Below, in pieces: positions 55,608 through 64,000 of a stretch of 64,000 nt of DNA (within the stretch, counting starts at the first letter, position 1; every line of letters starts with the position of its first letter). The stretch spans positions 1 to 64,000 of the forward strand of contig AP024664.1 in NCBI GenBank assembly GCA_024346625.1, given 5' to 3'. A program made the position numbers and the translations under genes. Source of the DNA: Williopsis jadinii (Eukaryota). Below the pieces are notes generated by a model. It had not been told where the DNA came from. It saw only the letters and a program-made list of their open reading frames with translations, and made no database searches.

Positions 55608-56116
55608 ATGGATTTTGACGAAGTGAATACACTCGAGGAACAGTGAGTTGTTCTTACAGGATGGCCTTCTTCTCGGGGAATGTACTGACATCAACCCTCA
55701 GGTTCTACAACGAAGGCTTTAAGGAAGGTCAAGAGGCATCTGTGAAGGAATCGCTGAAGGAAGGGAAAGAGTATGGATTACAGACAGGATTCCAAAGGTT
55801 TCTACTTGTGGGACAGGTTAAGGCTCTTGTAGATCATATGGAATCGGTTTATGGTGTTGATTGTGGAACACATATGGCTCAGCTCAGAGAACTCGTTGAG
55901 TCGATAAACTTTGATAATGACTACAACACGGTGGTGGCCATGGATAAACTGATATCGAAGATTAGGAATAAAGTCAGAATCTTGTCTTCAAGTGTTATCG
56001 ACAGGAAGATCACGCTGCAGCAGTTGGAAGAAGTTGCTGACGTTATTACTGGCCTAGCGGAAGAAAGCAACAAACAGTTGAACTTGACAGATCTAGGTAA
56101 TGAAAATGTATGGTGA
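55608..56116 (+). CDS. LTO1: Lto1 (Yae1-Lto1 Fe-S targeting factor); exons 55608-55642 and 55702-56116
   Basis: A 59-nt intron GTGAGT..TACTGAC..CAG gives MDFDEVNTLEEQFYNEGFKEG; deca-GX3 motif EGKEYGLQTGFQRF; C-terminal Trp. Confidence 0.92.
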
Positions 56117-56141
56117 AGAGATTCTATATAAAACATACATA

Positions 56142-56681
56142 TTAGAACAATGTCAATAATGATGCAAAGGCCAGTGTCCATGTCAATTGGAATTTTGAAG
56201 CACCTGAAGTGCCGGAAACTGAAAACTTAGAGGCCTTCTTACCATCAGACCCGACGGCTTTGATCTGGACAGTATATGATCCAGAAACAGTGGTTGAGGC
56301 CTGACTCGACCCAACAATATACTGGTTGTTCTCTGAGCCTGATGGGATCGCCTTGAAGTCCTTGGAGCCATACAAGTTGAGATACCCATCACCATCGATG
56401 CTGAAAGGTTGGGCATATTCAGTAGTATCGTTTGTCAAGGTGAGATAGTTCTTTGATATTCCCACAAATGAACCATTTTCCATCTTAAGGGCACCATTAT
56501 CTTGAATAGTACCATTGAGGATGTACACTGATTGACCAATGAAGATGTTATTATCTACAGTGTAGATGTTATAAGCTTTTAAAGCATCTTCATCGGTATC
56601 AAGCTCAAGAGCAAATGATTCAGAAGCTGCTCTGACAGAAGGTGAGAAGAATAGTGCCAACAAGAGAAAGAATAGATGCAT
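56142..56681 (-). CDS. Secreted or GPI-anchored cell-wall protein, paralog 1
   Basis: Signal peptide MHLFFLLLALFF, shared core GISKNYL..PFSI..G.LNLYG..FKAIPSG, hydrophobic C-terminus. Confidence 0.8.
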   Translation of the reverse strand: MHLFFLLLALFFSPSVRAASESFALELDTDEDALKAYNIYTVDNNIFIGQSVYILNGTIQDNGALKMENGSFVGISKNYLTLTNDTTEYAQPFSIDGDGYLNLYGSKDFKAIPSGSENNQYIVGSSQASTTVSGSYTVQIKAVGSDGKKASKFSVSGTSGASKFQLTWTLAFASLLTLF

Positions 56682-57001
56682 TTTATGTTTCTTACTGTGC
56701 TTTTGAGTAAGCAAATTATTGACTGTTCAAAATTGAACAATCTGGTCTTTTATATATTATGAGCTCTCTCACACTGAGACCCAAATCAGGCCAATCCCAA
56801 GAGTCCGGAGAGTACAGCGTCAAGAGTTCCTGCATTCAGCTCATTATGGAATAATTTGCTCTCTCGTCGTCTCTTCTCTATAAATACTGCATAAGAGGCT
56901 ATAGCTGTGAGTGCCTCGATAGTGAAGCTCTGAAGCACTCGATACGAAGGATTCACTTGATGGCCAGTTCTTCTGCTCTGATCTGATACATATTAGCAAA
57001 G

Positions 57002-57595
57002 ATGGGTCGTTTCATGGTGATATTGTTCTTGTTCATTGCATCAATACTTGCCAAAGAAATCACGCTCACTGTGCAACCAAACAGTGACCACCTTGTAAAC
57101 GCTCAGATGTACTTGTCTCCTAATGATAACAGGATATACATTACAAATAAAACATCTATTGATACCAGTTGGACTCCATTGAAGGGAGAAATCCAAAAGG
57201 ATGGAACACTGAAGCTCAACCAGACATCAAGTATAGCAATAGGCAAAAACTACTTATATCCTTCAGACAACTCATCTCATTTTGCATCTCCCTTTTCAAT
57301 AAGAGACGGGACCCTCTTACTTTATGGTCACAACTTCCATGCTGTTCCAAGTGGTGTTGATGATGTATATGTTATTGGATCAATCAACGCAGCTGCTGGA
57401 AGGCCAGATATGGTGGAATTCGAAGTTGGAGTTGATGAACTGGTTTACTACGACCCACCTGAGTATGAAGGTACAATGCGGTTGATCTCTGTAAACACCG
57501 TTCCATTCATGCATCACCATCATTCGAAACATGGTCGAACTGCACCTGTATGGAATGCTGCTATGGCTCTGTTTGCCTTTTTGAACTACTTTTGA
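57002..57595 (+). CDS. Secreted or cell-wall protein, paralog 2
   Basis: Signal peptide, AIGKNYL..PFSIRDG.L.LYG.NFHAVPSG..YVIGSINAAAGR, His-rich patch, hydrophobic C-terminus. Confidence 0.8.
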   Translation: MGRFMVILFLFIASILAKEITLTVQPNSDHLVNAQMYLSPNDNRIYITNKTSIDTSWTPLKGEIQKDGTLKLNQTSSIAIGKNYLYPSDNSSHFASPFSIRDGTLLLYGHNFHAVPSGVDDVYVIGSINAAAGRPDMVEFEVGVDELVYYDPPEYEGTMRLISVNTVPFMHHHHSKHGRTAPVWNAAMALFAFLNYF

Positions 57596-57864
57596 GCAAA
57601 TTTTACCACGATCCTGTGATGAGACGAATATCAACTCACAAATTAGAGGAATTCAAATTTTTTAAATTGCTCAATTAATTTGCTCTACCGGAGAATTCAA
57701 CAGGTACACTGTCTTATAATACCCTATGCCTTTTCTAAAGTCTTGTGTAAATCGTACTTTGAGTTGCCCGAGATGACCAAAATTTGCTCATGATATATAA
57801 GTGGTAATGCCCACAATGTGATGCGTATCATTGTAGTAAACATTGGGTAACTAACAACCTAACC

Positions 57865-58503
57865 ATGATGTTCACCTCTGTTCTTTATTCCTTGCTCTTA
57901 CTCTCACTCAGAGCCAATGCTGATTCGGCTGAGTTCATTATGGACCTACAAGCAGACGATAGTGTCACTTTGAAAGATGCAAGTCTCTACGTTGGTGATG
58001 ACGGCAAGTTCTACATTGCCAACGTAACCACCACTGAGACTGCCTTGGTCTTGACAAATGGTTCATTACATATCACTGATCATGATATTGCTGTTGGAAT
58101 TGGAAAGAATTACTTATCTTTGGCTGCTGAATCTGCTTCCTATGAAATAGCAGAGCCATGGAGTATCGTGGATGGTTATCTGAAGTTATATGGTTCCGAT
58201 TTCCATGCTGTCCCTTCAGGTGAGGATGATACATACGTTCTAGGTTCAATCAACGCTGCCGTCGGTAGAGATGACATGATTGAAGTATCTGTTCGTGCCT
58301 TGAACACGGATAACACTGGTGCCACCGTGGCTGACTATAACGTTGCTTCTTCCGCATCTGAGACCACTACTGAACAAACCGGCACTGCAACCTCGTCTGC
58401 AACAACACTCACAAGATTGAGCTCTACAAACGGTGCTCCTGTGTCTCTGAAGGGAACCCTGGTTGCTGGACCAGTGGCTGCTCTCCTTTTGATGGCCATT
58501 TAA
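57865..58503 (+). CDS. GPI-anchored cell-wall protein, paralog 3
   Basis: Signal peptide, GIGKNYL..PWSIVDGYLKLYG.DFHAVPSG..YVLGSINAAVGR, Ser/Thr stalk, NGA omega-like site and hydrophobic tail. Confidence 0.85.
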   Translation: MMFTSVLYSLLLLSLRANADSAEFIMDLQADDSVTLKDASLYVGDDGKFYIANVTTTETALVLTNGSLHITDHDIAVGIGKNYLSLAAESASYEIAEPWSIVDGYLKLYGSDFHAVPSGEDDTYVLGSINAAVGRDDMIEVSVRALNTDNTGATVADYNVASSASETTTEQTGTATSSATTLTRLSSTNGAPVSLKGTLVAGPVAALLLMAI

Positions 58504-59322
58504 TTGGAATCACCGCATGGTAACCAAGCTGTGGGCGAGCAAAAGTGGTTTTTTGGTAAACATTCATGCACATTTCAAAACCGTGACAATGTAAAGTACA
58601 TTAGAATCAAAATTACTAGAAGTTAAGAGAGCTGTAGAAATACTTGGTGAGCGAGAGAGGTTGATGATATCTTCTTGAACAACTAAGCTGTTGATCTTAC
58701 CATCAGGCTTATTGCTCATGATAAATTAGCAGAAATACACGAGATGAGCACTTTTTACTATATATGGCTCAAACAAGAAGATGCGTCTATTAGTGCATAC
58801 CAAAGACTTGGAAAGCGCATGTGTGATAAAACAACGAGAATATGAACAATCGCTTTTATTCTCACTAAGACTCTTGTGTGTTCTTCCTGCTTCAATTGAT
58901 CAGTGCTAGCTAAGGCTGCTTCTGGTCTAAAACGACAAGTCTATTAAACAAGGCCGAGCTGAGAGTGAGCCGAATGAATGACATTCTCTATATACTGAGA
59001 AGTATGAATTAATGATGGTCTTCAATAATCTAAATATCATAGCCATCCTTTTTAAAATCCTAACTCCATATATCTATAGCGATTATCGGGGAATGGACGA
59101 GTGCGCTTTTAATTTGCTCGTGTTTCGATATACAGCTCGGCCAAGTAGTATAAAAGTGCAAAGTTTATATAAAGAGAGTGCTTCTCTTCATTGATATTAC
59201 AGCTCTACCGTGTATAAATGATCAAAGCCATCCAAGAAAGATATTGAAACTTTGCCCTGCCCCCTTCCCATCTAAAAAAGTCAAGCCCTGTTTTTCTCCC
59301 CTTGCACTTTCCAAACCTCTCG

Positions 59323-61011
59323 ATGAGCGAAGAACTATTGAAGTCGTCCAAAGCTATGCAGTACAATAAGATAGACAACTCGAGGTCCGAGTCTGAAGAG
59401 CCAGCTATCGATTTAGATGATCCATTCGACTTTTCTCTTAAGGAAACTGAAGAGCAATGGATGATTGAGAACAAAGAGAGGTTCAGAAAGCTCCCATGGT
59501 ATAGAAAGCCTTCCAGGCCGCTTCTATACTCGGTGTTAGCACTACACGCTTTTTCCTTCACCGTCCTTTTTGGGCCATTGGTGTTATTGATGCTGGAATC
59601 CATTTGTCAATATGATCCAACAGAAGGTCAGAGCAGTGGTATGGGCATGCGTGATGTTGGACGTTTCTTGATGATGGTTAAGAGAATGGATATGGGTGGT
59701 GGTACGCCGGACCAGGGGTCTGACTGTAAAAACCCAAACTCACAACAAGTGCTCTCCAACATTCAGAGCTTCCTCTCGTTGATTTCTGGACTCTTAGGAT
59801 TCTTTGTGAGTGGTAAACTTGGACAGATGAGTGATATCCGTGGCCGTGTCTATGTGCTCAGAATGCTGGGTCTGCTAAACTCATTCCAAACACTGTGTAT
59901 GATTGCATATTTTGTGTGGTATGGTGGCTATAACAAGTTCTTGATGGTGCTTGTTTGCTCAATAGGCCACTTTGGCGGTGGGATAATGACGCTGATATCA
60001 ACAGGAAACAGTTATCTGACCGATATCGTCACTGATGAGGAAAGAACCATATCTATTAGTTGGATGATGAGTTGCGTTTATCTGATGCTTGGTTTGGGTC
60101 CTCTCATAGGTTCTGCAGCTGTTAAGATTTCAGATGGTGACAATAAAGTTGTGCTGTATATCTCTTTTCTCACTGGGTTGGCCTCCTTGATCTTGATGTT
60201 TACCATGGCTGAGACAAGACACCCAGAAGCCATGATTTCAGCACACCAGGAGATTGCAAACAAGTCTGGAGCTGTTATGTACCACGAGAACAAAATCGTG
60301 AACGCAGCTTTATCACTGTACTACAGTTTCATCTCATTTTTCAAACCTATGAAGAGATTATGGCTTGAAAGGTCACCTTCTGGGTCCTTGGTTCCGAGAA
60401 TCAATGTCTTGACACTTATATTTGTTGACCTTGCCAATATGGCTGCAACTGCAGGAACAATGAGTGTTATCACGCTTTACACAGTTTTGCAATTCAAATG
60501 GACCTCGGTTGAGATTGGCTACTATATGTCTATAAGTGGCTTCGGTAGAGCAGGCGTTCTGCTTCTCGTTGCTCCGCTGTTCTTAAAGACACTGCAAAAG
60601 GTCTTCCACATGGAGCAAAAGAGCGACTCGCTTGACAAAATGGACAAAGCGTGCATTGTCAGCTCCCTTGTCTTTGTATTTCTATCAAGTCTACTGCTCA
60701 TTGTGTGGGATAGCTCCACCGCAGTCTACCTCTCCGCACTGTTACAATCACTCAGTGGGATGGTCTCTCCGACAATACAAGGCTCAATAATCAAATACAG
60801 TTCCAAGACTACCAGTGGGGAGATGTTCGGCGCAATGGCACTTGTAAGACACCTTGCCATGCTCATACTGCCGGTGACTTTCCTGCAGATTTACTCGCAC
60901 ACTGTGGACTTTTGGCCAAAATTCTTTATGTACATCCCATTCGTGGGCTCAATTCTAACACTCGTGGTGTCGGTTATCTTCCTCAAAGAACACCATGAGC
61001 TGTATTATTGA
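59323..61011 (+). CDS. MFS transporter (YJL163C/SLC46-like)
   Basis: LPWYRKPS, GKLGQMSDIRGR (MFS motif A), SYLTDIV, GLGPLIGS; ~12 TM segments. Confidence 0.85.
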   Translation: MSEELLKSSKAMQYNKIDNSRSESEEPAIDLDDPFDFSLKETEEQWMIENKERFRKLPWYRKPSRPLLYSVLALHAFSFTVLFGPLVLLMLESICQYDPTEGQSSGMGMRDVGRFLMMVKRMDMGGGTPDQGSDCKNPNSQQVLSNIQSFLSLISGLLGFFVSGKLGQMSDIRGRVYVLRMLGLLNSFQTLCMIAYFVWYGGYNKFLMVLVCSIGHFGGGIMTLISTGNSYLTDIVTDEERTISISWMMSCVYLMLGLGPLIGSAAVKISDGDNKVVLYISFLTGLASLILMFTMAETRHPEAMISAHQEIANKSGAVMYHENKIVNAALSLYYSFISFFKPMKRLWLERSPSGSLVPRINVLTLIFVDLANMAATAGTMSVITLYTVLQFKWTSVEIGYYMSISGFGRAGVLLLVAPLFLKTLQKVFHMEQKSDSLDKMDKACIVSSLVFVFLSSLLLIVWDSSTAVYLSALLQSLSGMVSPTIQGSIIKYSSKTTSGEMFGAMALVRHLAMLILPVTFLQIYSHTVDFWPKFFMYIPFVGSILTLVVSVIFLKEHHELYY

Positions 61012-61242
61012 GGCTCGGCCTAATTGATCGTCTAGTGGAATACTCGACACCGGCGTGAAAGCTGTGTAGACGGCACTAATTTACACAGTGACCACATCGA
61101 CGCACGCTGTTTGAATCTCAGTTAAATAATTGCTGAGGAACCTGTCAAAGAGCTGAAGCCTTTCCTACTCCGACAAGTTTCATACGGCATCTTTGGTCGG
61201 AATGTGTAGTTCTCTCAGCCACCTTTTGGACCTTATGAACTG

Positions 61243-61251
61243 AAACTGTGG
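61243..61251 (+). promoter_or_regulatory. Met31/Met32 binding site upstream of the amino-acid permease
   Basis: Perfect AAACTGTGG; a variant CCACAATTT lies at ~61356. Confidence 0.55.
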
Positions 61252-61573
61252 TTCGGGTGTGTTTGCTCTGCCAGCGTCTTGTTCACCTATTTAGGTAGTG
61301 GTGGCGGATAAGACGCATAAGGAGCATATTGTGCATAATACTATGCGTCCACCACCACAATTTGTAGATCTATCGATACACCATCGTCATTTAACCGATT
61401 CTGGGGGAACCACACTGTCGGATGATAAGCCATGTTGTTCAGAAATGACTGTTGTGGTTCATCACAGTTGAGAATAGGAAGGAAAAGATGAGGATTAGGT
61501 TCTGGTATAAAGCGGCACTTTCCTCCAACTGTTTGATATTGGAGCTGACGAAGAGAATGAGCTACATCAAAAC

Positions 61574-63277
61574 ATGTCTTCTTCAGATCGAGGATTAAAA
61601 GCATACTCTCCAGAAAATGTGTCGGTAGATCACATTCGTCGAGCTGATACTGATTCAGTCTCTATTGCTGAGAAGGGCTTTTCCAAAGTTCAGGAGGCCG
61701 AGGATGTCTCTTCGGAAAATGAGCAAGATACAGAGCTCAACGTGTTTGACATCGACCGTGCTCAACTTGAAGTTGGTCTTACACAACGTCATATTGCCAT
61801 GATCGCCCTTGTGGGAACTTTCGGTACCGGTATATTTCTCTCCTCAGGAGGTGTCTTAGCTACAGCTGGTCCTGCCGGGTGTTTTATTGCATATGTCGTC
61901 ATTGCCATCGTTGTTGGTCTCAATCAGATGTGTATTGCAGAGTGTGCCTCTCTTATGCCAACTGCTTCTGCTTCACTTCGTCATGCTGAGCAGTTCATCG
62001 ACCCAGCTCTTGGTTTCGTTGCTGGTTGGATGGGTGTATGGAGTTCGATTTTGCCCGGTGAAGTCAGTGCAACAGCTCTGATTGTATCCTACTGGACTGA
62101 TCTCTCAGAGGCCATCTGGATCAGTATCGTCATTGTGCTTATTGTCTTTTGTAACTTCCTCAAGATTAGATACTACGGTGAAATCGAGTTCACTTTTGCA
62201 ATCATCAAGATGCTTTTGCTTGTGGGTCTCATTATCATCTCGATTGTTATCACTGCCGGTGGTGGTCCAAATGGTAAGCCAATTGGGTTCCAATACTGGA
62301 GAAATCCAGGTGCTTTTGCAGAATATCTTACGACAGGATCGTTGGGTAAGTTTGCAGGCTTTTGGAAAGCATTGTCTGGTACTGTGTACTCCTTTGGTGG
62401 TGTCCAAAGTGCACCTACTCTAGCTGCAGAGGTTAAGTATCCAAGAAGAGCCATCTTTACTGCATGTAAGAGAGTGTTCTATAGAGTCACAGTGCTTATG
62501 ATCACCACAATTTTCTGTCTCACCTTGATTGTTCCATACAACAATCCGCTTATTGCCAATAGTTCGGGTAATGCTTCTTCATCCCCATTCGTTGTTGCCA
62601 TTAACAGTGCCGGTATAAAGGTTCTTCCACATATCATCAACGCTGCTGTCTTAACCTCAGCTTTCTCTGCTGCCAATCTGGGACTGATGGCTGGTGCAAG
62701 AACATTGTTCGCCCTTGCTGTCAAAGGACAGGCCCCAAAGATCTTTGTTAAAACCACTAAGCAAGGTGTTCCATGGGTTGGTACTCTTTTCATTGCCATC
62801 TTTCTGCCTTTGGCATACATGAACCTGTCAGATTCTGCTGCAAACGTTTTTAATTGGTTCCAATCGTTGACATCGGCCAAGTTACTCTGGGATTGGACGT
62901 TAATTTCAGCTAACCATATCTTTATGACAAGAGCCATGAAGGCCCAGGGTATTCCAAGATCCAGACTACCACATACGTGGCGCTATACACCTTATGCTGC
63001 TTGGATATCTGGATTCTTCTGTGTCTTGTTCCTCTTTACTGGTGGATTTAAGATCTTTGTCCATGGCCAATTCCAGGTCAGCTCTCTATTCTCGTCCTAC
63101 TTTGTCATTCCACTCTCTATAGTGCTCTACTTTGGTTGGAAAATAATCAAAGGTACTAGATTTTGGAGACCACACGAAGTGCAATTGGAGATTCTTTTCA
63201 GAGATGTTGAGGACAACCCAGAGCCTCCTGCAGAGCCACTTAAGGGATGGAAATGGCTCACCGTTCTATGGGCTTGA
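61574..63277 (+). CDS. Yeast amino-acid permease (APC/YAT family)
   Basis: GLTQRHIAMIALVG..GTGIF, YGEIEF, IGFQYWRNPGAF, SPFVVA, LPHIINA..LTSAFSA. Confidence 0.93.
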   Translation: MSSSDRGLKAYSPENVSVDHIRRADTDSVSIAEKGFSKVQEAEDVSSENEQDTELNVFDIDRAQLEVGLTQRHIAMIALVGTFGTGIFLSSGGVLATAGPAGCFIAYVVIAIVVGLNQMCIAECASLMPTASASLRHAEQFIDPALGFVAGWMGVWSSILPGEVSATALIVSYWTDLSEAIWISIVIVLIVFCNFLKIRYYGEIEFTFAIIKMLLLVGLIIISIVITAGGGPNGKPIGFQYWRNPGAFAEYLTTGSLGKFAGFWKALSGTVYSFGGVQSAPTLAAEVKYPRRAIFTACKRVFYRVTVLMITTIFCLTLIVPYNNPLIANSSGNASSSPFVVAINSAGIKVLPHIINAAVLTSAFSAANLGLMAGARTLFALAVKGQAPKIFVKTTKQGVPWVGTLFIAIFLPLAYMNLSDSAANVFNWFQSLTSAKLLWDWTLISANHIFMTRAMKAQGIPRSRLPHTWRYTPYAAWISGFFCVLFLFTGGFKIFVHGQFQVSSLFSSYFVIPLSIVLYFGWKIIKGTRFWRPHEVQLEILFRDVEDNPEPPAEPLKGWKWLTVLWA

Positions 63278-63862
63278 ACTGGAAAGTCTTTTGTTGGTTT
63301 GTGACGTTTGTCTTATAGTACTCTTTTACAATCAAATAATACATGTATGCTTTTTCAATGAGAGTAAATTCACATTCGTCCTCTTGCTGAAGGTTAATAT
63401 TATGGGCCGTGTGGCTTTCAATATTGGGTTGTCTAATGCAAGAAGGCTACATAGTTTGGGGGATCTGCACCTTTGGAGTCTTCAAATGCGTGGAACTTCA
63501 GCAACTTGAGCAAATTTACTGAGGTTTTAGCATGCAAGACATACAAGAGGAAGCAGAGTTACGCGGATACAAACATGTTATTGGCTTGGTATATACAGCC
63601 ATGTACGTCTCCCAAAGAAGAAACAAAGAAACACCGTGTTTGAGCACTTTTTCCCCAATTTGAAGAAGATCTCAATGATCGTAAAACGAGCAAATAAGGG
63701 AACGATCTGGTACTGAAGAATACTGTCTGCCTTCTTCTCGCTTGGTAGGTCCGTAGGTTCCTTGTGACCCAAGATGTATATAAACAGATACGATTATCCT
63801 CAGTAACATATCGATATGACAACATTAGTATAGTATCTACTTTAATTCGCTCGCTAAACAAA

Positions 63863-64000
63863 ATGATCTTTATTAACCGTGTCTCAACGCTTGTGATTCT
63901 TCTCAACACTGTTTTCGGAGACAGTGTGACTTTCACATGGAAGCTTGACGCTAGTGGAACTGCTATCGACGGCTATGAGCCAAAAATCGGTGAAAACACA
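63863..64000 (+). CDS. 5' part of a probable secreted protein (runs off the window)
   Basis: Open frame from the ATG to the window end: MIFINRVSTLVILLNTVFGDSVTFTWKLDASGTAIDGYEPKIGENT; AAACAAAATG start context; TATATAAA at ~63776. Confidence 0.55.
   Translation, partial: MIFINRVSTLVILLNTVFGDSVTFTWKLDASGTAIDGYEPKIGENT

Overview
This is the left end of a budding-yeast chromosome. It uses the standard genetic code (conserved Leu residues in PRE8 are encoded by CTG). The 8-bp telomere and the gene content suggest a Cyberlindnera/Phaffomycetaceae-like species, which is an inference. The window opens with 22 perfect (AGACACCC)n telomeric repeats, followed by a degenerate ~59-bp subtelomeric array, an ARS-like AT-rich tract and a ~122-bp direct duplication. 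Next is a ~1650-aa telomere-linked gene in which a RecQ-type DEAH helicase is fused behind a domain carrying an apparently intact tyrosine-recombinase catalytic signature (R..K..RxLRH..H..Y); this is the most interesting item. It is followed by a subtelomeric sulfur-scavenging cluster (JLP1, SOA1-like, YeeE/YedE, plus a nearby cystathionine gamma-synthase-like gene). The rest is core genome syntenic with S. cerevisiae blocks: VPS9-YML096W-RAD10-GIM5-UTP14-PRE8, COX14-MSC1-RSC9-ERG13, RPM2-UFO1, TRM732-TIF11-TPS3-YMR262W and ATX1-LTO1. Nine short spliceosomal introns in coding genes can be reconstructed by eye. There is also an intron-encoded C/D snoRNA (snR71-like) in an apparently non-coding host transcript, and an array of paralogous secreted or cell-wall proteins near the right end. 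All gene identities come from my recognition of motifs and synteny; no database search was run.
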